A program made the position numbers and the translations under genes. The notes beneath the pieces were generated by a model, which saw nothing but the letters and a program-made list of their open reading frames with translations, searched no databases and was not told the origin of the DNA. DNA of 62,583 nucleotides, the filler included, from Choristocarpus tenellus KU-1152 (lineage: Eukaryota > Protista > Phaeophyceae): assembly GCA_964200185.2 (NCBI GenBank). It is 8 parts of 8 records of this genome, joined end to end, with 100 filler letters (N's around TTAATTAATTAA, not from the genome) between each part and the next. Parts side by side here need not be neighbours in the genome. Positions count along the whole stretch, not along the records: positions 11,629 to 31,599 come from CAXNAD020000426.1; 7 more parts are not named here. One strand, 5' to 3'. Shown in pieces: positions 11,670 through 24,700 of this stretch (its first letter is position 1; each line of letters opens with the position of its first letter).

Positions 11670-12798
11670 TTCAGCCACACATAACAAGATCATTACTAGG
11701 GAACAGGTCAGCCGTGGTAAGGTTATGCAGAACTGAACCTATGTGTCCGTAAGAGTATACTATGTTTTAATATGTATACCAGGAGACAGAAGCGACGCCT
11801 TATAAGTAGAGGAGTTGATTCATTGATTTTTGTTTGGCTCTAACTGAAATGGAAACGGGATCACTCACCATTTCCAGTTATATTTTTTTTTGGGAAAACG
11901 ATGCTTCTTATTTTCCCACTTTTCTTCTCTTACCCTTCTAGAAACTTTTTTTAGGAAAAAACGCGTTTTGGAGATACCCATTTCTAGGTTTGTTAATTTT
12001 ATGACAAGCTATCACCAATGCATGTGATGTACAGACAATAAAATCTCTAACTAGAATGTTCCAATCTACTGCATGCACTGCGTCCAACACGGTCCAGACC
12101 TTCCTATATTTTGTCAAATATAGTATCGTGTGTCTAGTTATTTCTCTGTAGTGTGAGAGAAAAGTCAAGGGGTAAACCACTTGATTGGCGACAACTCTAC
12201 ATTATTGTCGGTGACTAGAACCACAAAAGAATAGAGCATCAAAGTGTACCGCACGAATTACACCATCCATCTTCACCCTTCCTTGCTGCAAAGGGTCAAC
12301 ACGTAAGACATCTCTCAATTTACAGGTTGTATACACGCTTTGTTTTCTCTCCCCATAGTGACTGTGGTGGACGGACTGTGTAATTGAAAGGAACATCCCA
12401 CCCTATTTTGCACAAGGAATCCAGCAGTCAACATCTTCATTCCTCCCCTAGATAAAGATAGTTCAGTAAAGTGGGCAGGACTACCCCAGTTCTGTACCCT
12501 ATCCGTATTATCTGAGTTACTCTACACACTTGTTCCGAATGGTGATATAGTGGCCCAACTATTACCATATACGAAGCTGTATATACTCGAGTATTCACCT
12601 GACATAATGTTAATACCACCAACTACAACATGGTGTGCTAACTATGAGGTATACCAAAAAATACACTATAAGAACAGTATTGTACTGAATGTGGCTAACT
12701 TCTCTCCTAACACTGTGAAAAAGGGTTGAACAAACATCAGAGGATTTGCTACAAGTCACAGGAGGAGGATCAATTTCCACACCAATCAAATTTCTCAC

Positions 12799-15700
12799 CT
12801 CAATGGTGCTGTCTTCTGCCATCACAATGTCATTGCCAAACCTCTTGTTTGCTTGGTCTCCTTGAAAAGCGATCAGTGCCGTGTAAAAGCTACCCGGATC
12901 TGTGTACACTGGGAAAATTCCAGACATGTCCACATTTGCACTGTGACAAAAGCGGAGAGGGTTGCAAATTCCATATGGTGGTCAGGGAATGGTAGGAATG
13001 GAAGAAAGATCTTAGACTTTGGACAGATAACCTCTCCATGTTGTACCATCATTTTTTCCCTAATCCTAGTGATAATGACCTAACCCAGGTACTACTCAAA
13101 CTTAGAATACATTGCAGCAATGATAGTGTCAGGGACATTTCCGACATGCGGACACTTGATATTTCTCTCACTCTGATGAACTCAACCAACAGCAGCATCC
13201 CTACTCAACCTGCCACGGTATACTATCTTCCTCAAAAGCTCACTCAGTAGTTAACGACCATTATCCTCTTGTATAAATTGTAAGGGCTCAAACCAGTTTG
13301 ACACCAGATTTATGTTCAGGGGAAATCTAGTTCGATTATCAAATTCCATGTGGTACGCACTACCTCTGGCAGCACATCTGGACCATCCTATCTATATCGA
13401 CATACTGCCACAAATCCGCTGGAAAACAGAGACGAGGTGATAAACGCTTTGTTGCGGATCAGTGCTAGTGTGGCGGGGTGACTGAAACCAACAACACGTG
13501 AGAAGGAAGAATATAGAAAGTGCAATTAGTCATAGTGCAGCAAAAGTACTTTAGTGTGCGAAGTAGTGAAGGGTGTGGTGTCTTTGGCTGCGGGTTGGGA
13601 CACAGGCTTAAGTTAAGACAACAAACATAGTAGTAATTATCGTCATCATTGTGCAACATAAAATATCTGAAATGTGACTTTTCTGGAGGGTTTAGTATCC
13701 TACGAAAGAGAGGATTTTTTTATTCATATTTTAGTATCTTTTGTGTGGATGGCCATTCTTGTAGGATGAGCTGGGAGATGAGATTTTGGGTAGTGCCTTG
13801 TCAAACACTTCTGTACGTTCTAAAGAGGAGTACATAGTCTCTGCATGCTATACATTTTACTCGCTAAAGAGAAGCAATATGTGGTGCCTAAAAAATATTC
13901 GTAGTAGTTCTAGATACAAACAATTGTTAAACAGGCACAAACCGTACATGTCAGGAATACCATCTCCAAAAGGTCCCACCCTGTATCATGCCCAAACGAA
14001 ATTTCCCGCCTGAGGCAAGAAGGGAGTCAGACGAAGGGGGACAGTATAATCAACCAGGCAATGTCAGGCGAGAGAGCAATTGGGAGCCATTGGAACCCTC
14101 AACATCGTAGCAGTAGGTGAACACTGGGATGGTCAACAGGACGCAGTATTGCCTAGTCATGGTGAACACAAGGTATCTATCATGTGCGACTCTGGTGCAA
14201 AGCCCCATTGGATGCGATGCCACAATTGCATGACTTGATGTCTGTCAGGTCGATTAACTGGGCGTATACATTGGGAATAAGGGCAAGCTCACGGCCAAGG
14301 CTACAGGGGATATGATACTGATGACTGAAGGAGTAAGTGGGGGCCCGACACAGATGGTTTTGAGGGATTGAATATGGGTGACCCCGCCATCTTCTGACCA
14401 AAGGCATAGTATGATGTGATGGCAGGGAATTTGTCAGCTCCGGTACGAGGAGGGCTACCTTAAGGCGGGCAGAAATTTTTAATTTTCTTAAAACCAACCT
14501 GATGCAAGTGGGGGCATTCCTGACAACACACATTTTCATCACCGATGAAGCCCAACCAGGCCCTGTCAGAACAAATGCAACTTACAATAACAACAGGCAA
14601 GGTCTCACCTAGAAAGACTAGCAGAATATTCTAGTTCACATCAACCCATCTACCACCAAACACCTAGAGAAGCAGGACCTTCTCCAGATTAAGGACGACA
14701 GTGTGACTCCTGATATATGCTGTGTGACCTACAAAGAATACACATCTGAAGCAATTAGGTATGCCAGAGCCGGCCGGGGTGAGATGCGAATAGTTGATGT
14801 GGTGAAGGTCGATCTGGAAGACCCTTTCAAGTCTAGATATTATTTGGATGTAGTTACTGCTTATTCATTGATGACATTGTCCGAGAAGTGGCGGCTGTAC
14901 ACTACTAACGGGAATGATGCTGGCAAGTTGGGACGGTCAGTGAAGATTGAGTAAATGCTGGTCAACAGAGGCATCAGGTGTGGAGAAAGTCACCTTGATA
15001 CACACCTCAGAGCAATGGCCTTGCAGAGGGAGCCATTGCATTGCTGATGCAGGGGGCCAGGAGCTAACTGGCTGGATGAGAGTTGGGGGAGGAGTAATAG
15101 TTATTTTCTGTATGGTGGACCTTGCATTCAAGGCTGGTGGAAGAGTAACTCAGAAGGGTCATACCGTACCAACTACTCGCCAGAAATCCCTTGAGCTATG
15201 ACTGGCTTCTGGTCTGCATAGGAGAATCCTTTGTCCATCAGGTGAAGTAGTAGAGACAAGGTTCCTCCAACTTCCACCCTTTCACCAAGCACGGAATCTT
15301 GGTGGAACGTGAGTGTATTTCCCTGTGCTAGCATGTGCCACTTCGACAGGAAGGCAAGCCATTGACCTCAACCTACGTGATTTCTATTCTAACGCTCACA
15401 CCAACTTTGTGTGGTGGAGTCTAATATGGTCAACATGAGTGAGGATGACAAGGACGAGGAAGATTACCTTGTCATCCTTTGAGGAGGTTGATCCGCAGAA
15501 ACCATGGTATTTTTGGTGAGAACCGTTGGGCCCTACAAAGGTGGAAATCTTTGAGGGTTTTTATGGTCGGGCCAGACATGTGGACATGAAGCTGAAGTAC
15601 ACTCGAGAGAATTTAACCCCAACACCAATTTGAGTTGAACTAGGCACCAACTACACAACCAATTGGCAGGCATATATACCGAGCATTTACATAAGGTATC

Positions 15701-18700
15701 AACATCTTCTTTTTCTTAGTCATGTATTATCTCACAACAGGTATGGCCATGTCAGGCATGTCAGGCACACACTGACTGCATGCTCATGGTGTAGTGTGCA
15801 AGATGAACTTGATGACGATCAACACTTTTCAGATTGGTTTAGAAGTGGGGGGGATATACGTGAGGTGTGTGAATTTCGTGTGTGGAGAAGGTATATAGTC
15901 GTTCTATGATTTTGTAGTTGAGATATTGACCATTACTTTGTCAAATAATCCAGCCAGAGTACGTTCTAGCACAACTAATACATCATATTTTTCCGGAACA
16001 AAATGAACCATTTAAAGTATGTCGAGAGATTATTAGGAACGTGGTTTAGGCACACGACTGAGGGACGTGGTGTGCGTGGTTGTTTTCATGCCACGTGTAT
16101 TAGACACGTATTAGACACATATTAGACATGTATTAGACATGTGGGTGATAAGGATCCAAACGAAATTGACAGACCTGCTGTACACAGTTGTTTTCTCCAT
16201 ATATCTTAGATGCGTCAGTAATAGCAACCCTAAACAATATTGACGGATCTGGTAGGTATGATTATCTTTACACACGTAAAACATGCATATCTGTGGGGTC
16301 TGTGTGTACGTTTGAGCTTGAAAGTGGGCAACAGGGAATGAAAAATCTGCAATAGAGGCATCACAGCCCGGGTCCCTACCAGAAGATCACATTTTGGGTC
16401 AACCATTCTGTCCATAGCGTTCAACAAATAGTTGTTGAAACTACGCATGTAGAAGTCAGGGTCAAGGTCAAGACGGAAACAAATGCAAGTAACCTTTTGG
16501 GACAACCATCCCCCAAATTTTGTTCGGCAGAAAATTTGACTAAGGGTAGAATTGATGGAAGGGGGGATCTGACAATCGTTAAAAATATCCAACACTCCAC
16601 ATGGAGTGATAGCTACTAATATGTTTCTCACTTTATGGTATCAACATGTGCTATGTCAAATATAGGCAGCAGAAATTATATTAAATACAACGAAACAGTA
16701 CAAGTAAAGGTGACAATAGTCCCCACTTATGGTCACTCTGCCCTCAACAAAAACAATAATAATTTGAACCGTCTCGTTCTACCTCTAACCAAAGGGTGAT
16801 CATGTGAGACCCTGAACTCCTTTGTCATAGGTATCCCTGTTTAATGCTTATAGTTCGAATAATGTGTGATCAAAACGGAGAAATTGAAACCAGAACTACA
16901 ACTAGAGAGGCCATGGGAAGGGAGAGAGGATAGTGCAGACATCATGAAGGCTGAACGGTGTCGATTCCATCTCTTGCACCCAGCCTTGTGCTGACGACTT
17001 CAAGTCTAGCAAACATACACTTAGTCTTGGTGTATGTGTCCAACGATATTGTTTTTTTGTGATCAGGGGGAGGGAAGGGTAACTACCTGTACTCAGTCCC
17101 ATTTGCTGCCCAGGACATGAAAAATGTGATCCAAGAGCTGATGGGTCCACCAACATGCGTCAAGTTTAACATGGTTGCATCGGTGTCTTGGACCTCCATC
17201 TATCCTCACCATCAGTGGAAAACAAAGCTCTTCAGACTACGGTTCATGACAGTGGCACACAAGGAAGCAAAGGACAAATGATACTTCCAAGGATGGAACG
17301 GATATGGTGAACTGTGATGAGAACAATCTGTGAACAGGAATTGAGAGTCACAAGCTATCTATACTTGAAAACAAGATGATGCAAACGATGGCAGTAGGCC
17401 TCATGTCCTAAGGGAAACAAATATCAGAACTCTATGGGGAGCTGTGGGTTCTGTACTATACCATGATCACATTAAAGTCTCCACACACGAGCCTCAAGAG
17501 ACTCCGACTGGAGTATACAACAAAGAGACCATAACAGGCTTACGGTGATCATGAACAACTACACAGATGGGGTATAGTAGAGACTGGGGAGGGGAGATGA
17601 GCCCTCAGTAGAGAAAGAAGGCTTAGGAGAAAAGAGATATACTTACTTATTCCTATAGGAGTTCTTCGCCATAGGTCAACATGTAGTTTCTCTCTTCCCG
17701 CACAAAGAAATCTTCACATGTAACCTCTATGACATTCCCCCTTCAAAAATATCTCAAAATACACTGAATATTATTAGCACTGTGTCTATGTTACTGGCCT
17801 GGACTGTGGTGTCTGTGTAGTCTACTTTCTGGTAATAGATGCTCAGCGGAATGTAGTCCGAAGTGAAGTCTAAGTCATATGTCCTTGCTGCCTTGTAGTC
17901 TTTCAATTGCGGGGTGGGTAATAGACAGTGTTGGTGCAATCATGGATATGGAGTTGCAGAGAGTTAGAACAACGTGCGAAATTAGTGGAATGAACCCGAT
18001 GGCGAAGAAGACACATCAAGAGAAATCTGGGCAATGGATCGATCATAGTAGCCAGCCCACGTACTGGTCAGTATTGGATAGCGAAAAACATGTCAACATA
18101 CGGTACAAGGAAACTATGGAGGGTAGGCCATCGCCTTGAGACATGTAACAACATGATTGCCATAAAGACATCTCGGTATGACCCTGCTTTCCTCTATTGG
18201 GATTCACTCACAGAATCTTTAACGAGAACAAACCAAAAAAAATGAATAGGGTAAGGTTGGGTTCTGAGGAAGTCGCTGCAATAGTGAAAGGGGTGCTTCT
18301 TGCTCTCTCACATTCTCTTACGTAGGAGTAGTCTGGAACAAGATCCAGCAGATCAAATCCCTCATGAACCTGCATCCCACAGATATTGTGACATGTATGT
18401 GGCATCTGTTGGCCTGGCGTAGTGTGAAAGTGACTTTATATATGCATTATGTCCTTCAAGGTGGCAACACTATCTGTATCTGCTCGGTAGGTCAGAGTCA
18501 AAGTAAACGAGAGGTACCCAGAGTTGATTTTAAGAATGCTGAGAAGTATGTGCAAAAATTGACTTTTATTACAACTGCGTGTAAGATATTTTCTGAGTCA
18601 TGTCCAACTTTTTCTAACAAAAGAGATATATCAACGTTCTCAAGTCAGACTTAGCACTTCATCTATAGAAGTGTGGGTGATTTGTGAACGATAAAAAAAA

Positions 18701-21700
18701 TAACTTAAAATGCAAAATGTTCAAAACCTGGGTAGTGTAAATGTTTCAACAGAAGAAAAGTATGTGAGTGTATGTTCAAGAGCGAGTGCAATCGATAAAG
18801 TAACGATATAAATTACTCTATAAATTAAGGACATAAGCCCCGTCACCCCCAAGAAGGAATTACCATCCTCACAGCATCTTGTTAATAACTGTCTACAAGA
18901 AATAGTGCTCACCTGAGTGACCCCATTTATGCCAGTGCCCAGCAGTGCAGCAGTAGCAGTCAGTACAATCACCTTTCCTGGCTTGGATAGCAACACTGGG
19001 GCATACTTGTTGACCATAAACCTATTGGGAAGTAATCGAAGGAAAATAGTTTGGGTATAAGCTCTGATGATGTGTACACCTCTTCCGATATACCTAGCAG
19101 CACGTATGACTGGAAAATCCATACATTAACTTGGTATAATTGAAGTTGGAACACACTATTTCTGTCCCCTTCTCCTGTTACGCCACACCAAGTTGCCCCA
19201 ACACCCATTGCTGCACTAAGAAGCGCTCACCCTCCAATGTGAGAAAGACGGTTCTTGCTGATAGAATTGTGTGATGGAGCATGTGCCGTTGTCCTAGGCC
19301 CTACAACTACCGTGGCGCTTCCATCTTCACCAGTCTTGACTTCGTCGGACATAGAAGCACACTTATCTGCTTTCAGTACAACAAGCTTTGGGTGACCAAG
19401 CGAGTGAGCCTGTTCTTGACATACACACGGTCATCACATTGCATGGGAATGCCGGGGAAGGGTGATTGTTGGAGGGATGAACAAGCTTCCAGTGGAGCCC
19501 AGTATCATCATGGATCACGATGTTTTATAGTGTGTGACCAAAACTCCACACCAGCATATTCGCAGTGGTTGATGAGAAGGATGTATGATGTAGAAGCTGC
19601 TTCTCAGTCTTCAAAATTTCGCAATAATATACGACAACCCACATGCCTACTACAGTATATTCAATACAATTGGCTTGAAAGTTTATTGCTGAAGGAGCGA
19701 CATATATGCTTGATTATGATGGATTAGCATGTATATTGCTACCTGAGTTCTACCAGTGCAAGCAGCAAATATGTAGGTGAATAGCCCTGAAAGGGTAGGT
19801 TCAAGTCGCCCAAAATGGGTTCTGAAAACACCTGACTTCTTAGATCACAATTGAAGTTCTCATGCCCTCGATTGCAATCTGTGATTCAGTCATACACCTA
19901 ACTTGAGAATTAACTACACGTTTGTCAATATCCTGATAATCACCCATTTCCACAGGTTATATCAGGTTTCGACACATCTAGTTGTGAGACACATTTGTCG
20001 AGCTTCCTTATCAGCCTACAGTCTTGAGGGTTGGGCCGGCATATTCCACCATGGTAAGCTCATCAGTGCGTTGAAATATGGAGTGCTAACAAGTCTACCC
20101 ATACTGTGGAGAAACTCAGCTCATCCCATGGGAATTTTGTTGGCATGTTGGGCAATACTGGAACCAACTTTGGACTCTGGAACCCGATCTACATGGGATC
20201 TGCGTTTCTAGTAGGAATTTGCTCCTCCATTCTCTCCAATGGAGGGCTGCATTGTGGCATGTGCGACTCAAACGCCAGATCATCAAGTTGGGATGATCTT
20301 GCGACCATAAGGCAAACCTGTTCATACTTTGAAGTATTTAGTATTCTAACCCTAACTCTAGCCCTGGCCCTAACACTAGATTGCAGAACAAAATAAATGA
20401 GCGGTCAAACCTATGCACTTGTGCGTCAAGTAGACCTCTCACTTGTTTCCCGTTTCAAATATTATTTTGAAAGTTGTGTACAAATTCATCTTTCTTTACT
20501 TCCCATAGTAATTGATTTCGAGATTTTCAATTCTAGAGATCGACCACAAAAAGAGGAACAATAATACGGAGTAAATAACGGAACAAATATTGTTTTTGTT
20601 GACCATATTGACTACTTATGTTTGAACGGTGGTAAGATTTGTGAGCTGAGATCATGCACTTTGGAAAAAGGGTAAAGTCGTTGTGAGGTTGTGTCCTTGT
20701 GGCCAGATTGAGCTGGGATGGAAGAGGGTGGTGACAGTACACAGGATAGGGAAGGGAGAGCAATAGATGATGGTACAGGACGAAGAATCACTCTAAGAAT
20801 AGTTCGACAGGGTCTACAGCATGGTGATGGTTTTTATAGGAAATGCGTTTCCCACCTCCAACCAGGATGCAAGCTCAAGGAAGGGGACAGGAGAACCCAT
20901 GGGCATCTACTATGGGACTGGAGGAATCACTGAGGCCCGACAGCCAGCCTCCCCCAGTGAGGACCCGAACCTCCACCCCCCTCAGCAATCATGCCCCCCA
21001 ATATTGCAGTCTTGCCCCCTCTGCATTTCCCAAATAGAATGGCTGGTATGCCCTTTCACCTCTCCACAACTCCCTTGACCTAGACTGTTCCTCAGTCCCT
21101 TTACCTCCCCACCACCCACCCCATCCCTTACTCCACCTGCCACGAACTGACTTCCCCAAAAAAATTGCTGCCTTGGAAAGCATTGTCGGACCCAAGCCTG
21201 TCCTCCAATCCATCTACACCCAATCATCCTCTGGCCCTTTCGCCATCCCACCCCTGCCTTACTCTCCATCCCACGCCCTCATCCAACTCTCTCCTCTCCT
21301 TCGTTCCCTCCCTTCCAAGGCTGCCTAGAGCAAATCCCCCCTGGCCATTGGGATGACCTCCCTTGTGGTTTGCTTGCGCCACCTCGCCTGCATGGTTAGG
21401 CTCTGCAAAGATTCAAACCACCCTTTTCACATGTCCTCACTGTGGCACACACTCACTCACTCCCACCCTCTCAGCGATATCTACATCTCCCTCATTAACC
21501 AAATACTCCACCCTAGCGAGCTCATTACCCACTTAAATGCTGACACTACCGGTCAAATTCAACGTTTCCCACCACACAACATTCCAGTACAAAATCTACA
21601 CTTCATCCACCTCACCCCACAGGCCAGGACACCCACTCCCCCACCTTCCAACCCAACCTCAGCATCACTGACTCTGACTCAGAGCCAGACCTGGTCCCAC

Positions 21701-24700
21701 TGTTTGACACCCCAGTCCCTGAGCTCTTTCCCCCTCACCACTCTCCCACCCCCCGTGCCATATACACCACCGCATATGACTGGAATACACAGAACAGTGA
21801 AGGCACCACAGCATCTTGGCCCTATGTCCCCCTCACTTTGAAGCTGTCGGCTCCACCAAATGTTTTCATTTTCTCGAACATGAGCCTTACCAAGCCCTCC
21901 CAGGAATGTGGGGGTATATTGCCAGGTCTGACTAGGCTTGCTCCCGCTGAGACTTCACCCCTGAGGGGGGGGCATTCATATTCTGCCACAACCAAGATTA
22001 CCTCCTGCATACATACTCCCTTGGAGTGACTGAAACTGTTGAGTGGGCAGAGCATAGCCACTATGCCTCCCTCAATGAAAATCCCATCCCTCCTATACCC
22101 CTCTCTCCATCCTACCTACCCTCACACTACCCCCAACAGGGGAATCAATATTTTCCGTCCTTTCCTCCACTTCCTCCTGCCCACCCACCCACCTCTGGAG
22201 AACCAAGGCTGCCTGCCCTAGTTTCCACGCCATGTGAGATTCAGACCCTAACTATTGCTTCTGCCCTGGACTGAGTCCAGATGGAGGTCCTGGAGCGAAT
22301 ATATATCAGCACAGTAAAGGTTCCTTGTAGACTCTGCAATGTCCACGCAATTGCCCTCGTGGCACATTGGATTTCCTGATGCATGAGGTGACCGATCCCA
22401 GGGCTAGAGGGGGAGTCCCACTCAGTGAGAGCTGTTAGAGCTTCCAAGCTCCTCCATCTAGTCTCTGGCCTTTTCTTGGTCAATGATGGAAAGCTCTCCA
22501 GGGAAGAACAGTTCACCCATTTAGTGTCAGGGAACATCCAGGAGCTAACCACCTTGGTACTGGAACGATCCCAGAGGACCAGTAGATGTGGGGATCCCCA
22601 AGGAGATAAATCCACAAATCCCGCCAGGAACGGGTTGTAGCACTCGGCCAACACCATGGAGGTATCTCCAAGAGGGCGAGAGTTCTCCTTGCACAGCTCA
22701 GAGCTCTCAAAACGAACGAGATGTTTAGGGTAGTCGTTCCCAAACACCCCAATGAGAACCCATACTCCGGAGTATGAGCCTAGCTGGAATGGAAGCTAAG
22801 GATGGAGTAGCAACAGACACAGGGTCTGGGGAACAACCATACTGCCCTCATGGGGGGGAATATACCCCCATCTCCCTCCGGATGGATTTCATGCAACCAA
22901 ACAGTAACTCTTCACCAGACCCTAAAGGGATATGCCCCAGCCATATCCGATCGCGCACTACAACAGATGTCGGCCATAGGGTGGCAGAGCCGTTTGGCAA
23001 CCTATGGGAGCTTGCCTACACCTCCCCCGACTGCTTTCCTCCTGAGTTTTGGAAGCTCCACACCATTCCCTGACTGTCAGCAATCGGGGAGAAATGCTTC
23101 TGAGTCACCTGTGGCTCCTTCTTTAGGAGGGCATGTGGCTCTCATCCTTCTGTGAACACTGGTGGCCAAACCTCGAAGAAATGTTTTAGAGTTGTATGGC
23201 AGTTTGGAGTAGGGGCCCCAAATGGAGTTGAGTGTGCCCTGCTGGACAGTCACCCAAGAAGTGATTGTGGCGAATGGTTCATTAGCCTAGATGGCAAGAG
23301 CGACTTTAATCACTTGCGCTACTTGACCATCATTGAGGCCCTTCCTGAGGTCCTACCAGGGCTCCTTGCATATGTGGCCGAGGTATATGGAGGATTCGTG
23401 ATCTGCCTTTCCAGCCGGACGAAGGAGGGATGGAGTCAGTGCCCTCAAAGACAGAGGCACAACAACGTGGCCCCCTACTCCACTGCATGCCACACCGTAT
23501 CGCCCCAGAGCCACTAACCCACGCCCTGGAGAGCTTAGGCTCACAAATGCTGGTTCTGCACCTGAGTAAGGTGGAGTATAGACAGGTTACCTGGCTCCTC
23601 AACTCTTTGTCCCCTCTTCCCGTTTAGGTATGTGGTGAGGGCCATCCCCCCCAACCTAACACGCTCCACCATGGAACAAACTGACAATACCTCGGTGTGG
23701 ACTCTGGAGAAGATAAATGGAGGCAGCAGATTCAGATAGAGCTACCTTCTCTGATGAGGTGTGTGAAAATGAGACACTTTGCCTTGAAACACACCAACAG
23801 GTACAGGCACAGATGCCCAGAAGTTCAGGGGGCCTAGGCCTTTCCTCCATGAGACACTGCCATCACACAGTTATTGTGGGATTGCTAGTGGTCACTCTCC
23901 CTACCCTCCAAGCAAGGCAACAAGGATCCTATGCAGAGGTTTTTTCCCAACCCTTAGAATCGTCGATCCTCACCCTTCTCTCATCAGGAGTCCCTTCGAA
24001 AGACCTTGGCAGGAATTATTGGCTAAGGCCTGGTAGACTGGGCAGGACCAAAACCCCTACCCCTGTCCCAGAGGTCCACATAATAGCAGCTCACGATACC
24101 AGAACCACCATGAGAAAAAGGCACGAGATTGCCTGCCTCCTGCACAGGATCCGTTTCAACTCCTTTCGGGCACAACTGGTTAACCTTCTGGATGATGCAG
24201 AGGAACAAGGGAGGGAATATACTTCGCTAGCACTAGCCAGCGTGGACAAGGGGCCAATGCATGGGCCCCAAAACGACCTTAGAACCACAAATGCTGGATT
24301 CCTCCTGTAGGTTTAGACTCGCCGCCAGCAGATCTGTTGGGAGGGAGGAGGCCCTATCCGAGAGGTAGCTGGGTGCAGGAGGCATAATGTGAACATGCGA
24401 CATGCCTGCACATGTCTATAGCGAAAGGCCTACGCCAACTCTGCAGGAAAGTGGGCACCCCTTGCACTATGGAGGATGGCAGGCCGTTTACAGTGGATGG
24501 ACATCTGCATGGATGTGGTGTTCCATGCTGGGAAACTCTCGGATGCTGACTTGGCTCCCTACTGGGACAAAGGCCTCCTTCTAGATGTTGCTTTTTGCAG
24601 AGGTCCAAGCAGTCCATCATTTACCACGCTCATCCACCAGCAACAGTGTAGCGGCTGCTGCAGACAAGGTGCAAAAGTGAACCCACCAAGAGAGATATTT

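Noticed and set aside
11938-12622. Candidate next 3' exons of the Patched/NPC1-like gene
   Set aside because: No phase-0 exon with convincing family similarity.
21000-22270. Pro-rich ORFs as a host extensin-like gene
   Set aside because: C-rich low-complexity 5' part of the CRE-like LINE with many stops.
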